From: an uncultured Pirellulales bacterium | GTDB lineage: Bacteria; Planctomycetota; Phycisphaerae; Sedimentisphaerales; Anaerohalosphaeraceae | Direction: 5' to 3' | NCBI GenBank assembly: GCA_964635075.1 | Contig: CAZWMN010000009.1 | Coordinates: 7,269 to 71,268 of the forward strand | DNA length: 64,000 nt | Shown: positions 19,988 to 29,830 of the stretch, piece by piece | Layout of the letters: each line of letters begins with the position of its first letter | How positions within the stretch are numbered: position 1 is the first letter of the stretch | The notes under the pieces: generated by a model | Seen by the model: only the letters and a program-made list of their open reading frames with translations | Told to the model about the DNA's origin: nothing | Database searches by the model: none | Position numbers and translations under genes: made by a program

Positions 19988-20490
19988 GTGTGCGATCGTT
20001 TTGAAGAACTAAGCGGTGACGTCAATGAACAAGCCGAGAGGATATATTTTTGTGGTTTTGAAAAGTTTCTGCCATTCGTTTGCGACGAAATCTGTTTCGA
20101 TGGTCTGGATTTTTGCCCGGAAGATTGGGCGCGGCGGTTTTGACAAGTAATCCCGCCGGTGATTATCGGGCTGTCGCTGAGACATTGCCCGACACGGCTC
20201 CAGCAGCCGTGAATCCACAATTCTGCATTCAATGTGCTTTGACATTTTTCATCCCCTCGATTTCCAATGCCGGGTAAAGCGTATCTTCTCGTTGTTTGCC
20301 CCTGACTTTCTATTTGCAACCTCCGGCTGTTGTACATTATAAACACAATGGGGTTTTGGTTCAACTTTGTGTGGTTTGTTTTGGAATAGGGGCTGATAAC
20401 ATCGGTTCTTTTCATTGCTGAAAACGCGGGAATCCGGATTAAACTTGCAAAAAATTTTGGTTCTATTCATAATCCGGTTTGTGGAGAGAA

Positions 20491-20697
20491 ATGAGTATGC
20501 GGATTTTGGCCAAATGTCCCGGTTGCGGTGGACGGATTGAACTTGGAATACAGTATTTGGATCGTCGTCAGCGATGCCGAAGCTGCGGTCGGCTGTTCAA
20601 AGTGCCCGATGCGCAACAGATAGAGAAGGCTTTGCAGGTCGCCCGGCAGGCGGGAAAGGCGGTTTTTATTGACGAGGACGGGCGCGTATATGGGTAA
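20491..20697 (+). CDS. small zinc-ribbon protein (MJ0042-like)
   Basis: CPGCGG...(17 aa)...CRSCGRLFKVP. Confidence 0.5.
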   Translation: MSMRILAKCPGCGGRIELGIQYLDRRQRCRSCGRLFKVPDAQQIEKALQVARQAGKAVFIDEDGRVYG

Positions 20698-20786
20698 GCA
20701 TATCGACCGTCAGTGGTAAATCCCCGCAATAGGAATCAGCGGCACGGACAGCGTTTACCACGCAGGGCAACTTAAAAATCGAGATT

Positions 20787-22310
20787 TCAAGACGGGTCTA
20801 AAAAAAGGACAACCGTATCATCAATAATGAATACTGAAGAAGGATGCGGCCAGGGCCGGCAGCCATGTACCTGTATAAATTGTCGTGCGGTTTTTTCTGC
20901 TTCTGCGCTTCCTAAAGTAAGCGGTAATTGTAAATAATTAATGAAAATTTCGTACTTACTCCATGGTTTTTCAAAACTCCCCTCTAACGTGTATCTTTTT
21001 TGGCTGTAATAGAGAAAAAGATCTTTAATTGCCTGGATTGTGAATTTCCCCTTCCACCAACTTACCGGTATGGGCGAGGTATCACCCACTACGACAAGTT
21101 TCATTCCCGGAGTATATCCCTGCAGCGATTGTATTCGACAGGCAATTCGATTGGCCATTGCCATATCTCTTTGGTTCCGGATATATTGCTCAAACATTCG
21201 GGCATTGTCAACGATAATGAATGAAACAATCAGAAATAGTCCAAGCCATAGACCTGTTTTGTGCATTTTTTTGTGTTGAAGTATCATTGCGAAAAGCCCC
21301 GTGACTAAGACAATCAGTCCAAATGAGACTCGCCACGGAACGTATGTATATGCAAGCGGTAGCACATGGGCAATGGCGGCAAATGGGAGGATTACGATTA
21401 TCAACACGACCCACCATCGCAGTTTTGATTCGACCAGTATGATTCCAGTTCCGAGAACCACACAGAGAAATACGCCGATTTTCGGCACCAGAGGGATTAC
21501 GTATTCCGGAATAAATGAAAGACAAACAAACAGGATAGAAAGATACTTCAGATAACTTAGAGCGTCCAAACTAAAAAATCCGGCTGAAATATTAGAATTC
21601 ATCTGGCCCTCTACAAGGGTCATTTTCAGAATCAGAAAATAACCGATTAATCCCAAAATTATCCAGCCCCAGCCTTTGAAATGCCAGCGGAGCAGTGTTT
21701 TGTTGAATCGATATCCGTTCGCGTGCAGTCGAAACAACAGCGCCATCAGCCAGGCACAGACCGCAAAGCCAAGAGCGGTTTGATATACCCCCAGAGAAAT
21801 ACAAAACAAAATGGCTGCTATCCAACCTTTTCGCTGATTCAGAGCGAGCAGAGCTAAATAATAAGCCCATGGGTAAACGGCTGTAATGGTTCGAAAATTA
21901 TACATTTCCAGGACATAAGGATAGAGCGAGAAAAAAGCCATGATTAAGACGCGATTTATAAAATTCCGAATGCACCAAAGGCGCGTCAGCTCAAAACCAG
22001 TCAGTACCATTGCTGTTATCCCGACCAACTGTGAAAGAACCGGAAGGTAGTTTTGCATACAGAGATAATTGTAAATGATATGAGATACCCAGCGACCCCA
22101 GGAAACCATATCACAGCCTTTGAGCAAATGAATGTAATCATCAGTGCCGTATGTCATATTGAATACACAAATGCCCAATGCCAGGATATTTAACCCCAGG
22201 ACAATGGATACCTCCCGATAACGCCGCAAAAACCATAATTTGAGAAAAATGGGGATGTCTTGACTGCCGATTTTTCTCCTGCCGCGTTGCTGAATGTTGC
22301 AATAGTTCAT
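20787..22310 (-). CDS. polytopic membrane glycosyltransferase, GtrII-type (Glucos_trans_II-like), paralog 1
   Basis: Many TM helices and a TDDYIHLLKG...WGRW motif near the N-terminus. It aligns colinearly, end to end, with the next ORF. Start taken at MNYCN by analogy with the paralog. Confidence 0.65.
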   Translation of the reverse strand: MNYCNIQQRGRRKIGSQDIPIFLKLWFLRRYREVSIVLGLNILALGICVFNMTYGTDDYIHLLKGCDMVSWGRWVSHIIYNYLCMQNYLPVLSQLVGITAMVLTGFELTRLWCIRNFINRVLIMAFFSLYPYVLEMYNFRTITAVYPWAYYLALLALNQRKGWIAAILFCISLGVYQTALGFAVCAWLMALLFRLHANGYRFNKTLLRWHFKGWGWIILGLIGYFLILKMTLVEGQMNSNISAGFFSLDALSYLKYLSILFVCLSFIPEYVIPLVPKIGVFLCVVLGTGIILVESKLRWWVVLIIVILPFAAIAHVLPLAYTYVPWRVSFGLIVLVTGLFAMILQHKKMHKTGLWLGLFLIVSFIIVDNARMFEQYIRNQRDMAMANRIACRIQSLQGYTPGMKLVVVGDTSPIPVSWWKGKFTIQAIKDLFLYYSQKRYTLEGSFEKPWSKYEIFINYLQLPLTLGSAEAEKTARQFIQVHGCRPWPHPSSVFIIDDTVVLFLDPS

Positions 22311-22386
22311 TTTAAATAATTCTTTCCCGGCTATCAGACTTTCTTTCCAATTTGCAAATTTTATTATTCTTTGATTTCTTATCAAA

Positions 22387-23910
22387 TCAAGATGGGGCCA
22401 AAAAAAGAACGACAGTGTCGTCCACAATAAACACCGAAGAAGGATGCGGCCATGGCCGGCACCCATGTGTTTCTATGAATTGTTGTGCTGATTGTGCCGC
22501 TTTCCCTCCGCCCGCAGTAAGCGGTAATTGTAAAAAATTCAGGAAAATCTCATACTTGCTCCATGACCTTTCAAAACATCCCTCTATTCCATATTTTATT
22601 CGACTGTAATAACGAATAAAATCTTTGGTTGCCTGGAGCGTGAATTTGCCGTTCCAAGTTAACAGTGCGGGTGCGGTGTCACCCATCACGATAAATTTCA
22701 TTCCCGGAGTATATCCCGGCAGTGACTCTATTCGGCAGGCAATCCGATTGGCCATGGCAATGTCTCTGCGATTTTGAATATATTGTTCAAACATCCGGGC
22801 ATTATCAACGATAATAAATGAAACGACCAAAGACAATCCAAGCGCCAGCCCTGCTTTATGCAATTTTTTGTGTTGCATTATCATTGTGAAAAAGCCGGTG
22901 ACCAGGACAATCAGTCCAAATGATATTCGCCACGGAACGTATGGGTCTGCAAGCGGCAGCATGTGAGCAATGGCGGCAAATGGAAGTATGATAATTACCA
23001 GCACGACCCACCACCGCAGCTTCGATTCAACCAATATGATTCCCGCCCCTGTGACAACACAAAGAAATACGCCGATTTTCGGTACCAGAGGAATTACATA
23101 TTCGGGGATAAATGAAAGGCGAATAAAGAGAATAAAAATGTACTTTAGATAATTTCTTAAAGGGTCCGCACCAAAGAGTCCCGCTGAAATACGAGGATTG
23201 ATATGTCCCCTCATAAGAGTTATTTTCATAATCAACAGATAACCGATGATTCCCAGAAGTATCCAGCCCCAGCCCTTAAAATGCCAGCGGAGCAATGCTT
23301 TATTGAGCTGGTATCCCTTTGTACGCAAGCGAAACAACAATGCCATCAGCCATGCACAAGCTGCGACACCGAGAACGGCTTGGTAAATTCCCAGAGAAAT
23401 ACAAAACAAAAGGGAACCTATCCATCCTTTTCGTTGGTTCAATGCAAGGAGAGCTAAATAATAAGCCCAGGGAAAAGCAACGGTAACGATTCGAAAATTA
23501 TACATTTCCAAGACATAAGGATAGAGCGAGAAAAAAGCCATGATTAAGACGCGATTCGTAAAATTCCGGATGCGCCAAAGGCGCGTCAGCTCAAAGCCGG
23601 CCAGGGCCATCGCCGTTATTCCGAGCAGCGGCGAAAGGACCGGAAGGTAGTTTTGCATGCATATATAATTATAAATAAAATGATAGGCCCATCGGCCTGA
23701 AGCAATCATGTCGCAATCTCTAAGCAGAAAGAGGTAGTCGTCAGAACTGTATGTCATATCGAACACATAAATACCCAGCGCCAGGATGCTCAACCCCACG
23801 ACAATAGATACTTCCCGGTAGCGGCGTAAAAACCATAATTTCAAAAACACGGGAATATCATCATTGCCGATCGCTCTGCCGCTGTTTTGCAAAATGCCGC
23901 GATAGCTCAT
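22387..23910 (-). CDS. polytopic membrane glycosyltransferase, GtrII-type, paralog 2
   Basis: Same architecture (SDDYLFLLRD...SGRW). It shares long identical peptide runs with paralog 1 (IPVFLKLWFLRRYREVSIV, MAFFSLYPYVLEMYNFR, SSVFI.DDTVVLFL). Confidence 0.65.
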   Translation of the reverse strand: MSYRGILQNSGRAIGNDDIPVFLKLWFLRRYREVSIVVGLSILALGIYVFDMTYSSDDYLFLLRDCDMIASGRWAYHFIYNYICMQNYLPVLSPLLGITAMALAGFELTRLWRIRNFTNRVLIMAFFSLYPYVLEMYNFRIVTVAFPWAYYLALLALNQRKGWIGSLLFCISLGIYQAVLGVAACAWLMALLFRLRTKGYQLNKALLRWHFKGWGWILLGIIGYLLIMKITLMRGHINPRISAGLFGADPLRNYLKYIFILFIRLSFIPEYVIPLVPKIGVFLCVVTGAGIILVESKLRWWVVLVIIILPFAAIAHMLPLADPYVPWRISFGLIVLVTGFFTMIMQHKKLHKAGLALGLSLVVSFIIVDNARMFEQYIQNRRDIAMANRIACRIESLPGYTPGMKFIVMGDTAPALLTWNGKFTLQATKDFIRYYSRIKYGIEGCFERSWSKYEIFLNFLQLPLTAGGGKAAQSAQQFIETHGCRPWPHPSSVFIVDDTVVLFLAPS

Positions 23911-23941
23911 TTTTAACAGTTCCTTTTCCACGCCTGCTTTT

Positions 23942-24859
23942 TTATGAAGAGATTCCGTGTTGAATATGGTTAATTATTTTGGTTTGTTTCCGTGCGATGA
24001 TATACAGAATATCAAAAGTGTTTAAATAACAGTAAAACTGCGTGAGTTTCCATTTTCGCAGCCAATCATAGAGTTTTTGATTTTGATGGCGTAATACGAA
24101 GATGTTGTAAGCGATATTGTCTATGCTTCGATAAAAACCGCAGTAACGGCAATAAAAGACATCAAAGTTGTATTTTTTGAGTAATTTCCCGATGGTCTCA
24201 ATGGAAAAATAATGCAGATGTGTGGGAGGATGAATTAGTCTCCAATTTTGCTTTCGTATTCTGGCCGGCACACTCAGGATGTCGCCGGTGGTCAGAGCCA
24301 GAAGAGCGCCATCTTCGGTATGTTCAGCTATTTTTTGAATATAACGATGAGGTTCCCGCAAATGTTCGATGGTATCCCACATACATACCACGTCATAAGT
24401 TTCATTCTTCAGGTCGCAATCCGGGAAATGCCCCATCATTACGTTGAGTCCGAGACTGTTTTTAGCGTGGTTTATCCCATCTTCCGTGATATCGATGCCC
24501 AGCGAATGACTGAAAAACGGTTTCGACTGCTCAAGAAAAAATCCATAAGCGCAGCCGATTTCCAGAAGTCGTTTATGCCGTTGGGAGTCCAGAAAGCGTT
24601 TCAGTACTTTCCATCGCAGTGTGAAATTTTTTTGCAAAACCGTTTTGTCGTTGAGATAATTGGAGTATTCCCGGCCGAAAAAATAGTTCTTTTTATACAA
24701 GGCGGCTAAATCGCTGTCTGAAAGCTGAGTATCGGCGAAGACATGACCGCAGGAACTACATTTTAATATTCCGGGATATAACACACTATGGGAGCCGGCG
24801 CCACAAATAATACAGTTGCCATCGGCTGTTAAGCGGTCTTGTGAAATCGGGTTGCCCAT
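23942..24859 (-). CDS. class I SAM-dependent methyltransferase with N-terminal zinc ribbon
   Basis: CIICG...CSSCGH ribbon and SAM motif I LLEIGCAYGFF. Confidence 0.75.
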   Translation of the reverse strand: MGNPISQDRLTADGNCIICGAGSHSVLYPGILKCSSCGHVFADTQLSDSDLAALYKKNYFFGREYSNYLNDKTVLQKNFTLRWKVLKRFLDSQRHKRLLEIGCAYGFFLEQSKPFFSHSLGIDITEDGINHAKNSLGLNVMMGHFPDCDLKNETYDVVCMWDTIEHLREPHRYIQKIAEHTEDGALLALTTGDILSVPARIRKQNWRLIHPPTHLHYFSIETIGKLLKKYNFDVFYCRYCGFYRSIDNIAYNIFVLRHQNQKLYDWLRKWKLTQFYCYLNTFDILYIIARKQTKIINHIQHGISS

Positions 24860-24862
24860 CGG

Positions 24863-25840
24863 TCATTTTAACAAATTTGATTTTTTGATAATATAAGCCG
24901 GTCTGTGTTTGGACTCGATGAATAATTTGCCCAGGTATTCACCTACAATTCCCAGCATCAGAAGCTGGATGCCTCCTAAAAACAGAACACTGAGAATCAT
25001 CGAAGTCCACCCGGATATAACCTTGTTGCTGAATAGGGCTGCGCTGATGGCAAACAGCCCATAAAGAAAACTGCTCAGGGAAACGATTCCGCCAAACAAC
25101 GTAGTTAAGTGCAACGGACGAACGCTGAAAGAGGTGATGCCGTCCAGCGCCAGCAAAACCATCTTTTTAAGAGAATACTTGGAATCGCCGCGAAGTCGTT
25201 TCTCCTGCTGATAAGGGATAAAACACTGCCTGAACCCCATCCAGGAAATCATTCCCCGCAAAAAAAGATGTTCTTCTTTGATTTGTTTAAAAACATCCAG
25301 CACCGCCCGGTCGATCAGGCGAAAATCCGCCGCCCCTGGGCGAACCTCTACTGAAGACAAATAATTAAGAAGTTTGTAAAAATACTCTGATGTTTTCCTT
25401 TTGAATAAAGACAAATCGGAACTATTCTCGCGGAACGCACTGACTGCCTCATAACCCTGTTTCCAGAGTTCGATCATTTTGGGAATGAGTTCAGGGGGGT
25501 GCTGAAGGTCGGCATCCAACGTAATCGCACATTGTCCAACGGCGTGATCTAAACCGGCCCTAAGGGCTTTTTGATGGCCGAAATTTCGTGAAAAAGAGAT
25601 GTATTTTACTTTTGGATCTGTTTGGGCCAATTTTTCGATTTTCTGTAATGTCGTATCGCTGCTGCCATCATCCACAAACAGAATTTCGTAGTCACCATAC
25701 GTATCCAGCACCGCCGCCAGTCTTTGTCGCATCACAACGATATTGCTTTCCTCGTTATGAGCAGGGATCACAATCGAAATCATAGGAACGTTATTAGGTT
25801 GTGTCTTGATTTCCATATTCTGCCGTTTATTTGACGTCAA
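24863..25840 (-). CDS. GT2 polyprenyl-phosphate glycosyltransferase, GtrB/ArnC-like
   Basis: ISIVIPAHNEE, LFVDDGSSDTT and TLDADLQHPPE motifs, plus two C-terminal TM helices as in GtrB. Confidence 0.8.
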   Translation of the reverse strand: MTSNKRQNMEIKTQPNNVPMISIVIPAHNEESNIVVMRQRLAAVLDTYGDYEILFVDDGSSDTTLQKIEKLAQTDPKVKYISFSRNFGHQKALRAGLDHAVGQCAITLDADLQHPPELIPKMIELWKQGYEAVSAFRENSSDLSLFKRKTSEYFYKLLNYLSSVEVRPGAADFRLIDRAVLDVFKQIKEEHLFLRGMISWMGFRQCFIPYQQEKRLRGDSKYSLKKMVLLALDGITSFSVRPLHLTTLFGGIVSLSSFLYGLFAISAALFSNKVISGWTSMILSVLFLGGIQLLMLGIVGEYLGKLFIESKHRPAYIIKKSNLLK

Positions 25841-26102
25841 ATCTCTTATTTAAGTCCGAGACATTTTTTCTGAAAGTTTTCATTTTGACGGGGTCGTGAT
25901 TGTTATCAATAAAAGTATATCCTGCTTGTCCTAAAAATCCATATTTTTTACAAGTTTTGTAAAAATCTGTTTTCTCAAATACGTCTATTTCGATCTTTGC
26001 ATAAGAATAAATCCTGTTGACACTGTATATGGTATTTGGTAAAGACGTAGCAGGGACAAAAATACAACAGATTGATTTTGAGGTTAAAATCTGAGAATAG
26101 AG

Positions 26103-27308
26103 ATGAAAAGGACTCCTTTTTACCATAAGCATTTAGAATATGGGGGCAAGTTGGTGGAATTTGCCGGCTGGGAGATGCCGGTTCAGTATCCCGCCGGCAT
26201 TATTCAGGAACACCTGACGACACGCAAGACGGCGGGGCTGTTTGATGTATCCCACATGGGGCGATTTTTCATTCGCGGCGCAAAGGCCGCGGTATTTCTC
26301 GATTACGCATTAACCAACTCTGCCGGCGGACTGGAGATGGGGAACAGTCATTATACGATTCTTGCTCAACCCGACGGCGGGGCGGTGGATGATGCCTGGC
26401 TGTACCGATTCGACGACGAAGGTTTTGTTCTGGTGGTCAACGCCTCTAATCAAGAGAAGGACTTAAAACATCTCCGGGGACTGGCCGGACGATTCGCAAA
26501 TACTGAGATAGAGGACTTGAGTGAAACATTGGCGATGCTGGCTTTACAGGGGCCGAAATCCGAAGATATTCTCAATACACTTCTGACAGGGGGAACTCTG
26601 CCTGCGCCGAAACGCAACGCCGCCGGTGTCGCGTTTTTTGCGGGGCGCCAAGTCCGTATCGGCAGAACGGGCTACACCGGTGAGCCGGTGTGTTTTGAAA
26701 TGATGATGGAGGTTGCCGACGCGGAATATCTGTGGGATATGCTGATTAAAAACGGTGCAGCTCCTGTCGGGCTTGGGGCGAGGGATACGCTGCGGCTGGA
26801 GGCGTCGCTGCCATTGTACGGCCACGAGATGGGACTTGACGGCGAAGGTAAGACCATTCCGATTTTGGCCTGTCCGGCGGCAAGGTTTGCCGTGACGGAA
26901 ACGAAAAAAACGGATTTTGTCGGCAGGGCCGCGATTCAGCGACAACTGGCCGCACTGGAACGATATAAGAAAGGCGATTTTTCGGGTTGTTCGGACTTGC
27001 CCAAACGCATCGTTTCCCTGAGAATACTGGATAAAGGCGTCGTCCGGCAGGGAGCGAAAGTTTTTTATCAGGGACAATGCGTCGGCGATGTTACCAGCGG
27101 CACAATGATTCCGTACTGGAAGCCCGATGAATCAATGCGACCGACAGATCAGACCGACCAGCGGGCGATTGCGATGGCGTATGTGGATTGCCGGATGACT
27201 GTTGGCGCGGAAGTGGAAGTCGATGTGCGAGGCCGGATGTTGAAAGCAAAAATCGTACGTAAGAATTTACAGTCAGCGGGAAGATATGCCGTTGCTGTAT
27301 TTGAATAA
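26103..27308 (+). CDS. gcvT: glycine cleavage system aminomethyltransferase T
   Basis: N-terminus TPFYHKHLEYGGKLVEFAGWEMPVQY...GLFDVSHMGRF and full GcvT length. Confidence 0.95.
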   Translation: MKRTPFYHKHLEYGGKLVEFAGWEMPVQYPAGIIQEHLTTRKTAGLFDVSHMGRFFIRGAKAAVFLDYALTNSAGGLEMGNSHYTILAQPDGGAVDDAWLYRFDDEGFVLVVNASNQEKDLKHLRGLAGRFANTEIEDLSETLAMLALQGPKSEDILNTLLTGGTLPAPKRNAAGVAFFAGRQVRIGRTGYTGEPVCFEMMMEVADAEYLWDMLIKNGAAPVGLGARDTLRLEASLPLYGHEMGLDGEGKTIPILACPAARFAVTETKKTDFVGRAAIQRQLAALERYKKGDFSGCSDLPKRIVSLRILDKGVVRQGAKVFYQGQCVGDVTSGTMIPYWKPDESMRPTDQTDQRAIAMAYVDCRMTVGAEVEVDVRGRMLKAKIVRKNLQSAGRYAVAVFE

Positions 27309-27326
27309 AGCAAAAGGGGAACGCAA

Positions 27327-27719
27327 ATGATGGTGGATAAACAGGCGCGTTATTTACAAACGCACGAATGGGTCAAAAAAGGACCGGGCAAACTAATGAC
27401 CATCGGCCTGACCGCGTATGCCATTGAGCAGCTCGGAGACATTGTTTATATGGAATTGCCGCAGGCGGGAAAGACATTAAACAAAGGCGACATCTTTGGC
27501 GTTGTTGAATCCGTCAAGACCGCCTCGGATATGTATTCTCCCGTCGGCGGCAAAGTCGTCGAGGTCAACAGCGCCGTGCCGGACAATCCCGAGATGCTCA
27601 AGACGCAGGCTTATGGCGATGCGTGGCTGATTCGCGTGGAGCCGTCCATTCCGGCCGAGTTTAATTTGCTGATGGGCGCCGACGCCTACGAAAAGTTCTT
27701 GCAGACAGAAGCCCATTAA
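27327..27719 (+). CDS. gcvH: glycine cleavage system protein H
   Basis: Lipoyl-lysine motif VESVKTASD within a 130-aa H-protein. Confidence 0.95.
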   Translation: MMVDKQARYLQTHEWVKKGPGKLMTIGLTAYAIEQLGDIVYMELPQAGKTLNKGDIFGVVESVKTASDMYSPVGGKVVEVNSAVPDNPEMLKTQAYGDAWLIRVEPSIPAEFNLLMGADAYEKFLQTEAH

Positions 27720-27720
27720 A

Positions 27721-27835
27721 AAATCCGAAACAAATTTGAATGACAGAAATTCAAGTTTTTAAAACGGATTTTTGTTTTGGACATTCAGATTTTGATTTGT
27801 TTCGAATTTCGTGCTTCGAACTTCGAATTTAACCA
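27721..27835. repeat. imperfect palindromic intergenic element (aaatccgaaacaaat ... atttgtttcgaattt, cgtgcttcg motif)
   Basis: Inverted halves lie between gcvH and gcvPA. Related cgaaattcgtgcttcgg / ccgaagcacgaaatccg motifs occur near 46611-46627 and 54753-54778. Confidence 0.7.
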
Positions 27836-27870
27836 ATTAGATGTGAATATCATTTAAGCAAGGTTTCCTT

Positions 27871-29202
27871 ATGCCATTTATTGCCAATACCGGCCAGCAG
27901 CGAAAACAGATGCTGGAGGAAATCGGTCTTCGGGCCGAGGATTTATTCGGCGAAATCCCAAAACAGCTTTTTTGTGAAGACCTGAAACTCCCCCCAGGCC
28001 TGTCCGAGCAGGAGGTTCGCAATCGCCTGGCCGAACTGGCCGGCAAAAACTATATCAACCTGACGCTGTTTCTGGGCGGCGGATTTTATGACCACTTCAT
28101 TCCCGCCGCCGTTCACGCCCTGGCCGGCCGCGCGGAATTTTACACCGCCTATACGCCGTATCAGCCGGAAGTGTCGCAGGGCACCTTGCAGGCGATTTAC
28201 GAATACCAGTCGATGATGTGCCGATTGACGCAGATGGAAGTCTCTAACGCCTCGATGTACGACGGCGGCACGGCCCTGTACGAGGCGATGATGATGGCCC
28301 TTCGCATCACCGGCAGAAACAAAATCATCATCGACGATTCGGTCAACCCGATTTACCGCGTGATGATTCATTCTTATACGCGAAATCTGCATATCGAGTT
28401 GATTGAGACGGCCAACGCCGGCGGCCTTGCCAATCGCAGCGCGATAGGAAAGGCCCTCGACGACAAAACCGCCGCGGTGATGGTGCAGAACCCCAATTTC
28501 TTCGGCTGCATCGACGATTTTACTGATTTGGCGCAAAAAGCCCACGCCAAAGGCGCCCTGTTGATCGTGTCGTGTTATCCGATTTCACTGGGCATACTCA
28601 AAACGCCCGGCGCGATGGGAGCCGATATCGCCACCGGCGAAGGCCAGTCGCTGGGACTGACGATGTCGTTTGGCGGGCCGTATCTCGGATTTATTACGAC
28701 GAAAAAACAATATGTCCGTGCGATGCCCGGACGCATCGTGGGTAAAGCCTTCGACGCGCAAGGCCGACAGGGTTTTGTATTGACGCTGCAGGCGCGCGAG
28801 CAGCATATCCGCCGGGATAAGGCCACATCCAATATCTGCTCAAACGAGGCGCTATGTGCGATGACGGCGCTGATTTACCTGAGCCTGTTGGGCAAAGAAG
28901 GCCTGCGCGAAACGGCGCAGTTATGCGCCGATAAGGCCAGTTATGCGTATGAGCGATTGACGGCGATTCCCGGCGTCAAGCCCCATTTCCCCGCCAAGTG
29001 GTTTTTTAATGAGATGGTGATTGATGTTCCGATGGACGCAGCGGAAGTCGTGGGCAAACTGATTGAAAAAGGCTTTGCCGCCGGTTTTCCTCTGAGCCGG
29101 TATTACAAGGGAATGGAAAATTCGCTGCTGATTGCCGTAACGGAAAAACGCACCAAACAGCAAATCGGCAAACTGGCCGAAGAACTCGAAGCGATACTTT
29201 AG
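27871..29202 (+). CDS. gcvPA: glycine dehydrogenase (decarboxylating) subunit 1
   Basis: 443-aa ORF with a typical GcvPA N-terminus (FIANTGQQRKQMLEEIG) and conserved YTPYQPEVSQGTLQ. Confidence 0.95.
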   Translation: MPFIANTGQQRKQMLEEIGLRAEDLFGEIPKQLFCEDLKLPPGLSEQEVRNRLAELAGKNYINLTLFLGGGFYDHFIPAAVHALAGRAEFYTAYTPYQPEVSQGTLQAIYEYQSMMCRLTQMEVSNASMYDGGTALYEAMMMALRITGRNKIIIDDSVNPIYRVMIHSYTRNLHIELIETANAGGLANRSAIGKALDDKTAAVMVQNPNFFGCIDDFTDLAQKAHAKGALLIVSCYPISLGILKTPGAMGADIATGEGQSLGLTMSFGGPYLGFITTKKQYVRAMPGRIVGKAFDAQGRQGFVLTLQAREQHIRRDKATSNICSNEALCAMTALIYLSLLGKEGLRETAQLCADKASYAYERLTAIPGVKPHFPAKWFFNEMVIDVPMDAAEVVGKLIEKGFAAGFPLSRYYKGMENSLLIAVTEKRTKQQIGKLAEELEAIL

Positions 29203-29221
29203 AAACAAGGAACCACAGATT

Positions 29222-29814
29222 TCACAGATTACACAGAGAAATAAAAAGTGAAATACCGAACCATTAAAGAGCTTGTTTTTGATTTTGTGAATACAAACAA
29301 TGGGATTGTGGAACCAGAGAAGCTGGAGAAACTTGTTTTGACGCATTTCCCAAATAGCGCTTGGAAAAATACACACTGGGCTTGGTATAAGAATCAAATC
29401 TGCAAAGGTAAATATGCAAACGAGTTTTCTGGAGAGATCAAAGAAAAATTATCAGGCGGGTCAAGAAGAAACACAACGAGACGTGATGTGGTAAAAGATT
29501 GTGGAGATAAAATTCTTCGCCAAACTCGAATTTCTATTACAGAAGCAGCAAATGGCAATGCTGATTTACGATTTAAAATTAACCGATGGGTTTATGCGCG
29601 TTTAATGCAAGATGAGATACAGACAAAAAAGCCATTCAAACAGGCATTGTGGGATTTGGGTATTCGTGCCTGTCAAATTTGCGGAAAACCTTTTTCTTCT
29701 TTAAAAGGTGTTCATTTACATAGAGTAGATGCCTCGAAAGATTATGGTATTGATAATTGTCAATTGCTTTGCAGTCTCTGTCATAAATCATAAAATTCTC
29801 TGTGTGCTCTGTGA
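29222..29814 (+). mobile_element. HNH gene cassette bounded by a 19-bp imperfect inverted repeat
   Basis: tcacagattacacagagaa (29222-29240) versus ttctctgtgtgctctgtga (29796-29814), 16 of 19 complementary. The pair brackets the HNH ORF almost exactly. Confidence 0.35.
29248..29793 (+). CDS. HNH endonuclease-domain protein
   Basis: The C-terminus CQICGKPF...HLHRVD...NCQLLCSLCH fits an HNH/zinc-finger nuclease. AT-rich ORF with a GTG start. Confidence 0.65.
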   Translation: MKYRTIKELVFDFVNTNNGIVEPEKLEKLVLTHFPNSAWKNTHWAWYKNQICKGKYANEFSGEIKEKLSGGSRRNTTRRDVVKDCGDKILRQTRISITEAANGNADLRFKINRWVYARLMQDEIQTKKPFKQALWDLGIRACQICGKPFSSLKGVHLHRVDASKDYGIDNCQLLCSLCHKS

Positions 29815-29830
29815 TAAAATAGATAAAAAC

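Noticed and set aside
19909-20470. Several 65-170-aa ORFs on both strands between the FlgM-like gene and the zinc-ribbon gene
   Set aside because: They overlap one another, lack RBS and motifs, and follow a terminator. The region may be decayed DNA, but I cannot support any call.
25841-26102. Looked for a glycine riboswitch upstream of gcvT
   Set aside because: None of the conserved glycine aptamer strings (GGAGAG...CACCG type cores) are present. The region is simply AT-rich.
25827-26132. 101-aa ORF between the GtrB-like gene and gcvT
   Set aside because: It overlaps both neighbouring start regions and lies in AT-rich promoter-like DNA (possible TTGACA-17-TAAAGA at about 26016-26044). There is no family motif. 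It cannot be excluded as a gene fragment.
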